Source: a virus
Taxonomy: Duplodnaviria > Heunggongvirae > Uroviricota > Caudoviricetes
Reading direction: 5' to 3' (one strand)
Length of the DNA: 64,000 nucleotides
Virus record (IMG/VR): IMGVR_UViG_3300045988_146577
Shown here: positions 41,390 through 51,135 of the stretch, piece after piece
Position numbering within the stretch: position 1 is the first letter of the stretch
Layout: each line of letters opens with the position of its first letter
The notes under the pieces: generated by a model
The model's input: the letters and a program-made list of their open reading frames with translations, nothing else
Told to the model about the DNA's origin: nothing
Databases searched by the model: none
Made by a program: the position numbers and the translations under genes

Positions 41390-42310
41390 TTATTCCTGTG
41401 CAGCAGTGACTTCTACAGTTGCTGTCGCTTTGTGGCTACCATCTTGGGTAGTAACCTCGATTGTGGCAGTACCAGCCGCAACACCAGTTACAACACCGGT
41501 TTCGCTGTCAACCGTTGCAAACTCGGTATTTTTGGATTCCCAAGTAACGGTTTTATTTGTGGCTCCTGCCGGCTCGACATTTGCGGTCAGCTGAACAGTT
41601 TTGTTTGCCTCAACGGTTGTGCTATTTGGGTCGATTTCGACGGCGGTAACAGCCACAACAGGCGCAGTTACTTCCACCGTTGCAGTTGCCTTTTTGCTGC
41701 CATCTTGGGAAACGATCTCAATCGTCGCAGTGCCAACTTCTACACCAGTAACGTTCCCGCTCTGGTCTACCGTTGCCTTATCTTCATTTTTTGAAGACCA
41801 GGTAACAGCCTTATTCGTCGCATTTGACGGCTGAACATTCGCTTTCAGACTGACTGATTTCCCTTTCTCAACAGAGGTTGAGTCTGGCGTTACCGTTACG
41901 GATTGAACGGCTACCGGATTTACGGTGACTTCCACTGACGCGGAAAGCTGGGTTTCCTGATCAGTTGCAGTAATTTTTACTTTGCCTGGTGCTACACCAG
42001 TTACTAATCCAGTGCCGTTAACGGTTGCAATTTGATCATTCGCTGACTTCCAGGTGAATGAACTGGCACTCTTACCCATACTAATACCTGCACTAAGTTG
42101 AACAGTTTTCCCAACCAAAACTGACGGTGAAGCCGGGGTTATGTTTACGGATTGGGAGAGGGGAACCGCCTGCAAACAAGCAGATAGCTGACTTTGTTGC
42201 CGCTCGGTTAAAGGTTCATCGGAGATAGAATTGGTAAATCCGGCGCGGCACATATGCCCCGTAAAATCCGAAAATGCCTCTTCCGTAATCTTCATCTTTT
42301 GTTCTGGCAT
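41390..42310 (-). CDS. capsid decoration protein with three Ig-like (Big_2-type) repeats
   Basis: 306 aa; three repeats of ~85 aa with VTxxS..TVxxGKTVQL..AN..PxxATNKxVTW pattern; downstream of major capsid gene. Confidence 0.65.
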   Translation of the reverse strand: MPEQKMKITEEAFSDFTGHMCRAGFTNSISDEPLTERQQSQLSACLQAVPLSQSVNITPASPSVLVGKTVQLSAGISMGKSASSFTWKSANDQIATVNGTGLVTGVAPGKVKITATDQETQLSASVEVTVNPVAVQSVTVTPDSTSVEKGKSVSLKANVQPSNATNKAVTWSSKNEDKATVDQSGNVTGVEVGTATIEIVSQDGSKKATATVEVTAPVVAVTAVEIDPNSTTVEANKTVQLTANVEPAGATNKTVTWESKNTEFATVDSETGVVTGVAAGTATIEVTTQDGSHKATATVEVTAAQE

Positions 42311-42383
42311 TTCTTGCTCCTACAAAAAGGGTGGGCGTATAGCCCACCCTTTAACATAGATAACTACTTATCTACTACACTGA

Positions 42384-43259
42384 TTAAATTTTTACATTGG
42401 TCAGTGCAGCGATAGCCTTATCATGCTTATTCGCCAGAGAGCAGTACCACTTCACACGGGTACGTACTGCGTCTTTGTTCTGTACAGTGCCAATGTTTTC
42501 AACAACGATACCTGCGTTGTCGCCGCCATACAGACCAGTAACGCCGTTCTCTTCTGACAGGTGCAGGCAGTAGATGCTTGCTTTGCCAGAATCGGTCGGG
42601 ATGAAGTCGTTGATGATGAACGGAACGCCGTTATGACACAGCATCGGACGACCGAAGTTCTCCATCATGATTTCAGACGGGCCTACGTTTACTGTACGCA
42701 GCAGCGCACGGTAAGCACGCAGGTGCTCTGAACGCATCATGATGCAGTCAGCACCAAGATCTTTCACCGCATCGACCAGTTCGTCGAACATAGAGAAAGT
42801 CATAGATGCACCGGCGATATCGATCTTCTGATCTGCGTGCATCAGGCGTGGAATGCCGTCAAACGCCTTGTTGTTGGAGCTGGAGTCACCCAAAATCAGG
42901 TTGCGACGGAACGCACGAGCCAGACCTTTAACTTTCTGACGAACCTGAATAGCCAACTGGTTGTTGGTGTCGGCCATAGTGGTCGCCAGGAATTTATCAA
43001 CGTCTACGTCACCAGCCAGAATACGCAGTTTCGCAACGCATTCTTCGAAGGTTGCTGCACCTTCAGGGATGGTGTCGTTAACGTCGATGAAGGTAGCTTC
43101 ACTCAGCGTTTTTTCACGGTTGTACAGATATGCCTTTGAATTAATTTTCATAAAAGGCAGGATGGCAAACAGGTCATCGCGATCGATGATGGTTTCAATC
43201 ACGCCCTGTTCAAGTTCGTTGTTAGACAGCTTTTCAGCTTCTTCACGCAGTAATGGCAT
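42384..43259 (-). CDS. major capsid protein
   Basis: 291 aa; position between scaffold and decoration genes. Confidence 0.65.
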   Translation of the reverse strand: MPLLREEAEKLSNNELEQGVIETIIDRDDLFAILPFMKINSKAYLYNREKTLSEATFIDVNDTIPEGAATFEECVAKLRILAGDVDVDKFLATTMADTNNQLAIQVRQKVKGLARAFRRNLILGDSSSNNKAFDGIPRLMHADQKIDIAGASMTFSMFDELVDAVKDLGADCIMMRSEHLRAYRALLRTVNVGPSEIMMENFGRPMLCHNGVPFIINDFIPTDSGKASIYCLHLSEENGVTGLYGGDNAGIVVENIGTVQNKDAVRTRVKWYCSLANKHDKAIAALTNVKI

Positions 43260-43284
43260 CTATCAATTCCCTTTGATTTAGATG

Positions 43285-44172
43285 TTACTTAAGTCCAATT
43301 TTCCCCAGACCGGAGGCCAACTTATCCATAGTCGACTTGTTCTTCGGTTGGGATATTGTGTAGGTCGATTTGGAATGTGAGCCTACACCCTGCTTGGCTT
43401 CGCTACGCATCAATGCGTCAGCTTCCGGATCTGCCCGCACAATGCGTTCAATCGCGGATTCAAACGGCAACGGCTTACCTTCACCGTCAACCAGAACAGC
43501 TCGTTCTTTATGACCTGCCGGTTTGTCATAACCCACTACGCTACCGTCTTCACCCACTTCAAAATGAGAACCGTAGATCACGCGGGCTTTTGCCGGAGTC
43601 ATCAGAACTTTGTCACGTAGGAAGAGAGAGTTACTGAAGGAAGCGCCCACGGTCATCTCGACTAATTGAGATTTCAGTGATGCGTTTTCACTTTCCAGTG
43701 CTGCATAACGTTCGTCACGCTGTGCCAGCTCTGCCTGGTGTGCTTCGATCATCTGTTTTTTAACAGCATCGAACTCACCACGACGCTCCAGTTCAGCTTG
43801 CTCCGCCTCACGACGTGCGTTTTCTGCGGCCTGTTCAGCTTCTAAAAGCTGGCGAGCACGCGCCGGGTCGATATCACCGTACTGAGCAAGCTGATCGGCC
43901 AATGTGCGCTCTTTCTCTTTGCGCTTCATGTTCTCTTTCAGCAGTTCAGCACCAGCTTTCTTGGTTTTGCGAAGTTCGGCCAGTAACTCTTCATGAGTCA
44001 TGCCAGCGTATTCGTCATCACCCTTCGGCTGCTCTTTTTGTTCACCCTGTTTGTCAGGATCTTGTGTACTCTGCTCATTATCAGCAGCTACACCGCCAGC
44101 GCCTCCACGCTCATGCGCTTCAGCAACACCCATCAGACCACGACGGGCCAAAAGCATTTGCCACAGTTGCAT
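43285..44172 (-). CDS. scaffolding protein
   Basis: 295 aa; charged coiled-coil-rich central region; between portal and capsid genes. Confidence 0.65.
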   Translation of the reverse strand: MQLWQMLLARRGLMGVAEAHERGGAGGVAADNEQSTQDPDKQGEQKEQPKGDDEYAGMTHEELLAELRKTKKAGAELLKENMKRKEKERTLADQLAQYGDIDPARARQLLEAEQAAENARREAEQAELERRGEFDAVKKQMIEAHQAELAQRDERYAALESENASLKSQLVEMTVGASFSNSLFLRDKVLMTPAKARVIYGSHFEVGEDGSVVGYDKPAGHKERAVLVDGEGKPLPFESAIERIVRADPEADALMRSEAKQGVGSHSKSTYTISQPKNKSTMDKLASGLGKIGLK

Positions 44173-44193
44173 AAAAATTCCCTTTGTTACTTA

Positions 44194-45768
44194 TCACTCG
44201 TTCTCTTGAGTAGATGAGTCCCCATTCCCTCGGGGTTGATCTTGCCCGCTTTCTTGGGCTGCGCCTTGATCATAAGTAAGTACTGACTTATTTTCAAGAG
44301 TATTTAGATCATTTTTTGGCGGAAAATTCAAGAGATCTTTATCAAATTCCTTCTTCATCGCCTCAGTGATGTTCGGGAAAATCTTCTCAATCAGCATTTC
44401 CATCTGGTGACGACGTACAGAGTCCGGTGCCTGAAGTAACGACAGTTTCTCGGCAACAGAAAATTCATCAGTAAGGCCACGAATATCGAAACTTTCTGGA
44501 TACGCAATTAATGAGTGGTCTTCGTCCAGATCTACCCCCATCCATTTCGCAACCAGTAGCATGATTTGGCGTTCAGCCCTTTCCAGACGCTCTGCTTTTG
44601 TGACAAGCAAGCTATTTACACGCTGGAAGTCATACATTTTTGCGGCACCAGATGAGTTATCGATTCCCTGTGCGTTGTCCTGCTTCGTTCGCTCACCAGC
44701 TACACCAACTGAATGGTAGATTTCGTTAATCACCGTCTTAATCGTAGTGATGATCATCTGAGCTTGTTTCGGGTCTGGTGACAGATAAAACGGCTGGTTT
44801 CCACCTTCAGAATCGTAGGTGAAGACTCGCTTTGTGCCCATTTCAAGCACTTTAGTGTGGTTTTCATCACCAGGTAAAAGCGACTGTACCGGTATAGCCA
44901 ACTGGCTAAATGTCTGATCCTGAATAATGGCATCAAGGTTTGACAGATAGTTTGCAACCGCACGATCAAGATAAGCGATATCATCGATCAACGATGGGCT
45001 GAAATACGGTGATTCACTTTCTCCAATACAATCAACAGGAAACACAGGAACTACGCCGAGATTATGCTCACCGCTATCCTCTAAAATAACTTTTGCCTGA
45101 CGGCGACCTGCTCCACCAGCGCCCTTCTTCACTTCCTCACGGAACAGATACCACTCGTTTTGTGTCCACAGACGATAACGTTGGTATTCCTGACCTGTAG
45201 AAGTAAAAGGATCTGCGTCATCACGAGCGACTTCCACAATTAACGCCCACAACATATTCCCGTCGTCGTCCCATGCCACATCCAGCATTTGCTGAGGTGA
45301 AATCCAGTAGGCGTAGGCGCGAGCATCTTTCTTTTTCTCGTCAGCTACTGACTCAACATCACCACTCATCGTGCTATCGACAACAACCCATATGCGACCG
45401 TAAATAGACGACTGCAAATCAATAGCGGCCATAAATGAGTCAATAGAGGCATTCTGGCGAGTCGCACGTTTCCAGAAATTGCGGATCTGCTCTGGTGCCT
45501 CTTCGATATTTCTATGAATGTCTTCTTTAAAGAGATATTTGTTGATGAGGTTTACCACCTCACGAGTGTGGTTGAAGCGATAAGCACGCTCAACTCGCTC
45601 CTTAAACTCCTGATCTCCCTCTTTAAAGTAACGAAAGATATTGTCTGTAAACCAACCACGCCCGCCAGCGTAAGTGCTGGCGAGGAAGTCCCAATGTTCT
45701 TTTTTCTTTTCGTATTCCGGGTGGCGTCGCGCCACCAGATCCTTAATTTGTTTGTCGTTCAATTCCAT
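44194..45768 (-). CDS. portal protein
   Basis: 524 aa ORF directly downstream of terminase large subunit. Confidence 0.75.
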   Translation of the reverse strand: MELNDKQIKDLVARRHPEYEKKKEHWDFLASTYAGGRGWFTDNIFRYFKEGDQEFKERVERAYRFNHTREVVNLINKYLFKEDIHRNIEEAPEQIRNFWKRATRQNASIDSFMAAIDLQSSIYGRIWVVVDSTMSGDVESVADEKKKDARAYAYWISPQQMLDVAWDDDGNMLWALIVEVARDDADPFTSTGQEYQRYRLWTQNEWYLFREEVKKGAGGAGRRQAKVILEDSGEHNLGVVPVFPVDCIGESESPYFSPSLIDDIAYLDRAVANYLSNLDAIIQDQTFSQLAIPVQSLLPGDENHTKVLEMGTKRVFTYDSEGGNQPFYLSPDPKQAQMIITTIKTVINEIYHSVGVAGERTKQDNAQGIDNSSGAAKMYDFQRVNSLLVTKAERLERAERQIMLLVAKWMGVDLDEDHSLIAYPESFDIRGLTDEFSVAEKLSLLQAPDSVRRHQMEMLIEKIFPNITEAMKKEFDKDLLNFPPKNDLNTLENKSVLTYDQGAAQESGQDQPRGNGDSSTQENE

Positions 45769-45794
45769 TTGAATAACCTTAGATAATTACTTAC

Positions 45795-47051
45795 CTATCG
45801 AGAGCCACCAAGAATAACACGGTTTTTGACTGGATACCTACGATGTACTGGATAGCCCAATGCGTCTGCACTATGCTCAATGCCACCTGTCTTATCCATA
45901 TCTCGTGTTCCAGGCTTGTAGATGACTTTTTCCAGTGAATCAATCAAATGCTTGCACTTCGGATCGATATACAGCCGGATATCTCCAGATGCGGTCATCA
46001 GCATTCGGTTAACAGCATTAACACGATCCGCAATTGGCGGGTGCTTTTTCGAATAATCGACACGTAAGAATCCCTTCTCTTTGAATATGTCGACGTCAGA
46101 CTCCCCGCGAGCATGTTGGCGATAAGCACCTGCCGGATCTGGAAATACCGTTATCTGTGATTTCCAGCGCCAGAAGCGTCTCTCAAGCTCATCACAAACC
46201 TCTGCCGTGTTAGAGGAAAAGAGCACCAATTCATCAATTGCCCATAGCTCACCATTTGGCTGAGGTTGCAAAATTACTGAAGACATCGGGTCAATGTTGA
46301 AGTCCTGCCCTACCCATATAGGCAACCGAGGGTTGAACTGAAGCGGTTTTACATGCACGTTACGATCGAACGGGTAGTAAACGCGCCCGGACATGTTCTC
46401 AAAGCTCGCCAGGTACTCCTGAGCGAACGATTTCGGGTCCATATCGTTCTTAGCAGCTTCAATTTCCGCCGTAGGTACAAACGGAGAATCGGCAGTTACA
46501 AACTGCCAGCTCTTCCACTGTCCCTTTCTTTGCAGCTCTACGTTCTGGCCTATAGTCCACAGTTTGTGAAATTCCGAGAAGCCTTTTGGCGTACCAATGA
46601 TCAGTGCACCGCCGCGTGTCGATGAAAGAGTAGGTCGTAACACCTTGTACCAGGTGTCAGCCTTCATATCCTGAAATTCATCAAGCACTACAAAATGCAA
46701 CGCTACGCCGCGCAGAGTGTCAGGCTTATCAGCACCTTTGAGGGCGATCTCCGAACCGTTCTTCAACACGATTGTCATCGTGGTGTCGTTCTTTCTCCTA
46801 ACCCACTTACGAGGCAGAACTTCCTGTAGATCGTCCCACAAAATCTGGCGAGCCATCTGGTAAGTAGGAGCGACATACCAGACCCTTTGCTTTTTTTCCT
46901 TTGCCGCCGCACGAATAATAGTGGAGATCGACAACCGGGATTTTCCCCAGCGTCGACCAGCACAAACAACTTTAAATCGATGCGGAGACTGGAAGACTTT
47001 CATCTGTCCAGAATGCAGTTGCACAAGACTGAGCGAGGACGGGATTGCCAT
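45795..47051 (-). CDS. terminase large subunit
   Basis: 418 aa; Walker A VVCAGRRWGKS, Walker B-like VVLDEFQDM, C-terminal nuclease-like region. Confidence 0.8.
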   Translation of the reverse strand: MAIPSSLSLVQLHSGQMKVFQSPHRFKVVCAGRRWGKSRLSISTIIRAAAKEKKQRVWYVAPTYQMARQILWDDLQEVLPRKWVRRKNDTTMTIVLKNGSEIALKGADKPDTLRGVALHFVVLDEFQDMKADTWYKVLRPTLSSTRGGALIIGTPKGFSEFHKLWTIGQNVELQRKGQWKSWQFVTADSPFVPTAEIEAAKNDMDPKSFAQEYLASFENMSGRVYYPFDRNVHVKPLQFNPRLPIWVGQDFNIDPMSSVILQPQPNGELWAIDELVLFSSNTAEVCDELERRFWRWKSQITVFPDPAGAYRQHARGESDVDIFKEKGFLRVDYSKKHPPIADRVNAVNRMLMTASGDIRLYIDPKCKHLIDSLEKVIYKPGTRDMDKTGGIEHSADALGYPVHRRYPVKNRVILGGSR

Positions 47052-47683
47052 TATTCGTCCTCCCCTTCACTTCCATCATCTGTCGCATCAAATTCGCTTA
47101 GAGCTTCTTCTTCCAACGTCTCAAGCAATTCGTCATCGATGATTTCAGGCTCGTCGTCTTCCTGACGTAATTTCGCCACCTGGGAAGGCGTAAGCTCACC
47201 AAATACCAGGTTCGGAATTTCTTCCTCGTCATTTTCCGCATGATCCATGCCCAATGCTTTGGACGAAACTTCAAAGCATTTTGCAAGGGTATTACTGGCT
47301 CTCTGTAAGCTCTTGAGAGAATCCTCAATCGCCCCTAAAGGCTTACCCTCACGTTTGGCCGTAGTGACTTCGACCATCACCATCTGCCCCAACGCATACG
47401 CCCAGCCGTCATAACGTGTACGACGTTCTTCTATCTTTTCCGCACGGGCTTTAGCGCGAAGCTCTGCGTCAGATTTAAGAGACTCACGAACCATCTTCCC
47501 AACAGAGTCCGCGCCTTTCTCTAATCCTCGCTTTTTGAAATGTCTGGAGAGTGTTTCACGACGAATGCCGTACTCTTCCTCCAGCTTTGAGAGTGTATAT
47601 TCGCCTGACGTCCATTTGGCTTCAGCTTCGGCCCACTCCGCTGGTGTCAGGCGAGTTTTTACCTCGTCTTTTTCGACCGTCAT
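47051..47683 (-). CDS. terminase small subunit (HTH)
   Basis: 210 aa; N-terminal HTH-like region, acidic C-terminus; abuts terminase large subunit. Confidence 0.6.
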   Translation of the reverse strand: MTVEKDEVKTRLTPAEWAEAEAKWTSGEYTLSKLEEEYGIRRETLSRHFKKRGLEKGADSVGKMVRESLKSDAELRAKARAEKIEERRTRYDGWAYALGQMVMVEVTTAKREGKPLGAIEDSLKSLQRASNTLAKCFEVSSKALGMDHAENDEEEIPNLVFGELTPSQVAKLRQEDDEPEIIDDELLETLEEEALSEFDATDDGSEGEDE

Positions 47684-47723
47684 AGATCCCTCTAAAACAC
47701 ACAGAGCGCGTCCATGCGCTCTA

Positions 47724-47764
47724 AAACAACTTGTTTACTGCATCTTCTAACCAACTTGTTTTCT
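47724..47764 (-). promoter_or_regulatory. operator motif A, two half-site copies upstream of terminase small subunit
   Basis: AAACAACTTGTTT and CCAACTTGTTTTCT 40-80 nt upstream of start at 47683. Confidence 0.5.
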
Positions 47765-47800
47765 GGGGTGTTTAATTAGGTCTGGGCATGTCTTACTAAG

Positions 47801-47855
47801 CCTGCTTCCGTATATATTTAATAAGTTACTTATTATTTATATATACAGATGCAGG
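47801..47855. repeat. 54-bp AT-rich palindromic element, copy 2 of 2
   Basis: One mismatch to copy at 16191-16244; lies between the ParB/ATPase/GNAT/wHTH operon and the terminase operon. Confidence 0.8.
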
Positions 47856-47879
47856 TCTTTAAATAAGCTCCCAGACCGA

Positions 47880-48146
47880 TTACATCACCAGTAACTTCGC
47901 TTTGGCTCGACCTAAAGTGGTTAACCCAAGAGTTCGGCGGTGATAGCGATTGTCACTGCGTTGGCGCGTATGCCCTTTCTCCACCAGCCCCTTTTTTATC
48001 AGAGCGCGAATTGAGAACTGGATACTTTGCTTGGTTGTCTTGTACGGCAAAACTTCAAGCAATTCGTCCAGATCAAGTAGATGACCTCGCTCATAACCGA
48101 GATTGAGCGTTTTGATGATGTCCTTTTGTTTATCGGTTAACGTCAT
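47880..48146 (-). CDS. small winged-HTH-like DNA-binding protein (last gene of ParB-ATPase-GNAT operon)
   Basis: 88 aa basic protein; 10 nt downstream of GNAT-fold gene. Confidence 0.5.
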   Translation of the reverse strand: MTLTDKQKDIIKTLNLGYERGHLLDLDELLEVLPYKTTKQSIQFSIRALIKKGLVEKGHTRQRSDNRYHRRTLGLTTLGRAKAKLLVM

Positions 48147-48155
48147 GGCAAATCC

Positions 48156-49046
48156 TTATGCCGGTAAAGCAATTTCTAACGGTTTATCCAAAGGTTGTTT
48201 GTCGAATGCCAGCAGTGGCAGCGTGTCAGGCAGTCGACGGCCAAAGTCAGGGTTTCGGTACACACCATACAACGGAGACGTAAAGCTCAGGTTGTGAATG
48301 TCCTTGAGCAGCTTCACAATGCTGGCCTCGTCCACCAGACTGTCGGCAATGTCCTGAATCGTCGTGCCACGATTCCGCCCAGCTTTTGCCAGGGAACTGT
48401 TCTTGTGGTAGTCCGCCACCAGATCACGCAATGCACGGCGACGACGAGACTCGCTCATTGCGAACAACTCTTTGACGATCGCCTCGTTATCACCCGGGTC
48501 GGAACGGAAATGGCGCTGGAATACACGCAGTGCACTTTCATAGCTCTTCGGTCGCTCAGGGCGGATGAACTTAAACCCTGCTTTCATGGCGAAGGGATTG
48601 TATTTGCTCATCGAGGACTGGATCTCAATGATTGGCCGGTCATGCATCCTGCTAACCAGGTTAATCATTCGATAAGAGACGCCTACGCCACGATACTGAG
48701 TATCCACAACTGAGCGACTGATCACCGCAAAGTTGTTATTCACGTACCGACCCCAGTACTGGTTAGCCACGGTGGTATTAGTGGTTGGTTTCAACTTAGG
48801 AAACATGCGGTGGCGAGGTGCCAACAGTAGTTTCGGGTAAGCCATAACCACGACGCCCACCAGACGGTCATCAAGTTCGCAGCGATAGTAAGTTGGCGCG
48901 AAAGGTTTGCCGTCTGTTTTGTAGTGAAGCGACTTAAGAGCGTGCCAGTCCTCTACAGTTCCCTTTGTGACAGTCATTCGCTCCAGAAAGTCCAGATGAC
49001 GCGGAAACTCTTCAGGGCGGTAGCGTTTAATGATGATGTCCGTCAT
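48156..49046 (-). CDS. GNAT-fold (acyl-CoA N-acyltransferase-like) protein with extra C-terminal domain
   Basis: 296 aa; motif-A-like RSVVDTQYRGVGVSYRMINL; 4-nt overlap with upstream ATPase gene. Confidence 0.55.
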   Translation of the reverse strand: MTDIIIKRYRPEEFPRHLDFLERMTVTKGTVEDWHALKSLHYKTDGKPFAPTYYRCELDDRLVGVVVMAYPKLLLAPRHRMFPKLKPTTNTTVANQYWGRYVNNNFAVISRSVVDTQYRGVGVSYRMINLVSRMHDRPIIEIQSSMSKYNPFAMKAGFKFIRPERPKSYESALRVFQRHFRSDPGDNEAIVKELFAMSESRRRRALRDLVADYHKNSSLAKAGRNRGTTIQDIADSLVDEASIVKLLKDIHNLSFTSPLYGVYRNPDFGRRLPDTLPLLAFDKQPLDKPLEIALPA

Positions 49047-49708
49047 AAATGAACCTCATCATGACTACCATTGTGATATTCCACCTTCACGCGTTCTTTG
49101 TAGTGCTTGGTGATCTGCATATCCGGGCGCAGCGCGTTCTTCAGGTCTTCGTGAGTCGTCGCCACCATTACCGTTGCACCAACCTTTCGAGCGGCACGCT
49201 GGAGGTTAGATGCCACAACCTGAGCGGTTACACGGTCTAGAACAGCACCGAACTCGTCAGCAGCCCACACTTTAGCGCCTGACTCAATCAGTTTGGCAAT
49301 CTTGAGACGATATTTCTGACCGTCTGACATTTCAGAAGGCTTGCGAACAAACAGATATGCATCGTTCAGACCAGCCATAGATAACAACCCAAGCGCATCG
49401 CTGGTCGTTTTGCCCAACTGATCGATGACGTTAACCTCATTATCGAAGGTAAAATCATCGATGGAGGCTACAGACAGCCCTTCATCCTTCATCTGTCGTT
49501 GCAACTCGCGCAGCACAACGGATTTGCCGGAACCGGATTGGCCGGTGATGTACACCACATCGCCCTGCTTCACTTCCAGCTCCAGATTGTCGTAAAGCGT
49601 CCACTCTTTTTCGTCCAGGCCAAGCCCGAACGACTCAGCGATTTCCAACGTGCGAGTGGTTTTATTTACGCGTGTCTGAAACGATACGTTGATGATGTAT
49701 TTGCTCAT
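49043..49708 (-). CDS. ABC-type ATPase (nucleotide-binding domain only)
   Basis: 221 aa; Walker A GQSGSGKS, signature-like MSDGQKYRL, Walker B VWAADEFG, H-loop-like TTHEDL. Confidence 0.7.
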   Translation of the reverse strand: MSKYIINVSFQTRVNKTTRTLEIAESFGLGLDEKEWTLYDNLELEVKQGDVVYITGQSGSGKSVVLRELQRQMKDEGLSVASIDDFTFDNEVNVIDQLGKTTSDALGLLSMAGLNDAYLFVRKPSEMSDGQKYRLKIAKLIESGAKVWAADEFGAVLDRVTAQVVASNLQRAARKVGATVMVATTHEDLKNALRPDMQITKHYKERVKVEYHNGSHDEVHL

Positions 49709-50406
49709 GCAGCCATCTCCCCGGAAGAGATCTTCTCCGCATATGCCACAAATGCGTCTACCCCGCTTTCTCCCGTCATTTCTTCCATGTGGGCAAGCAA
49801 ATCACCAACAACAATGGCAGAGCCAGCAGGGAGCGTTTTAAAGCCCAATACGTCGACAACACGTACTTCTTCCGCTGCAACTTCACGACTGATCTCGGTG
49901 TGTTCATCCTTCTGTCGTTTAGTTTCTTCGCCAAGATCGATAACTAGCGAGTCGGTGTCCATTTCTTCTGTCATGCTGCCAACGAGAACATTCAACTCAC
50001 GCTCTTCAAAGCCGAAAACCTCGATATCGTCCAGAACAAGCGACTCAAGCTCTTTCTGTAGCTTAATTGCATCGTAATCAATGCTGGCAAGTCGGTTATC
50101 TTCAAGGCGCTTCGCACGAACCTCGTCATCACTGAGATCATCGCGAACAATAACCGGTACGCGCTCAAGTCCAGCAAAAATTGCAGCCTCACGGCGGCCG
50201 TGGCCAGTAATAATTACGTCGTTCTTATCGACCGTAATTGGCTGGTCAAATCCGCGCTTTTTAATGGCTGCGGCCAGATCTCGGATCTGCTGTTCATCAT
50301 GCTTTTTGGCATTCATCTCATAGGGAATAAGATCTGCCGGGTCGCGATATACGATTTCAAACTTTTTGGTCATTACATACGCTCCTTGTAGTAGTCGACC
50401 AGCCAC
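49705..50406 (-). CDS. ParB N-terminal-domain (ParB/Srx-like) protein, paralog 1
   Basis: 233 aa; ParB-box-like ITGHGRREAA; no obvious HTH; acidic C-terminus. Confidence 0.65.
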   Translation of the reverse strand: MAGRLLQGAYVMTKKFEIVYRDPADLIPYEMNAKKHDEQQIRDLAAAIKKRGFDQPITVDKNDVIITGHGRREAAIFAGLERVPVIVRDDLSDDEVRAKRLEDNRLASIDYDAIKLQKELESLVLDDIEVFGFEERELNVLVGSMTEEMDTDSLVIDLGEETKRQKDEHTEISREVAAEEVRVVDVLGFKTLPAGSAIVVGDLLAHMEEMTGESGVDAFVAYAEKISSGEMAA

Positions 50407-51071
50407 ACCAGAGCCTCACCAGCGTTCTCCATTTCATTACCGGTGTTAATAGCCTGCTCTTTGATGATGTTTTTTATGGTTTCTGCAACACGATCTGACG
50501 CATCGAAAGTTACTTTGAAGCGCATGGTCTGATGTTCCGCACCCACACGTTCGGTTTTCTCTCGTTTGTCGGTATCGACAGGCTCATCACTACCACGAGA
50601 CAACGCCTCCAGTGCTTCAAGGTCGATTGCCGCCTCTTTTGCTAAAACCATCGAGATTTCGTCGTCATACGGGGCGATTTCAGACAGTTGATAGTCAAGT
50701 TCTGACTGAATTTCTTCAATGAAGCGTTGCAATGCGATTTGGTCGTCTTCACCGTATCGCTCGTTGTCCACCAGTGACATCTGTTTAGCTACGACATCGC
50801 TAATTTTGCCCACAGAAAGCACCGGAACCGTTGAAATTCCTTGCTCAATAGCAGCACGCCAGCGATGTTCGCCGCCGAGGATTTCAAAAAATCCATCTTC
50901 AAGTTCACGAGCCAAAATTGGCTTAAAAAAGCCCAATTTTTCGATAGAACCTTTCAGTTTTTCAAAATTCTGCGCACCAACCGAATTGGTGTTCCAGGTA
51001 TTCGGGCGAAGGTTGGCAACATCAACCTGCAAAATCGTGATTTTTACATCCATTTTATTGCTACAATCCAC
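50373..51071 (-). CDS. ParB N-terminal-domain (ParB/Srx-like) protein, paralog 2
   Basis: 232 aa; classic ParB box ILGGEHRWRAAIEQG; first gene of operon. Confidence 0.7.
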   Translation of the reverse strand: MDCSNKMDVKITILQVDVANLRPNTWNTNSVGAQNFEKLKGSIEKLGFFKPILARELEDGFFEILGGEHRWRAAIEQGISTVPVLSVGKISDVVAKQMSLVDNERYGEDDQIALQRFIEEIQSELDYQLSEIAPYDDEISMVLAKEAAIDLEALEALSRGSDEPVDTDKREKTERVGAEHQTMRFKVTFDASDRVAETIKNIIKEQAINTGNEMENAGEALVWLVDYYKERM

Positions 51072-51135
51072 TAAGTAATCACTTACTTATTATAATAGCC
51101 AAATAACATACAAAAGGCACTAAGGAAAGAGGTTT

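Noticed and set aside
49705-51071. The two ParB-like proteins as the element's partition system
   Set aside because: A canonical ParA with an adjacent small partner is encoded separately at 17483-18510, and these ParB-like proteins are coupled to an ABC ATPase and a GNAT protein instead; partition role not favoured but not excluded.
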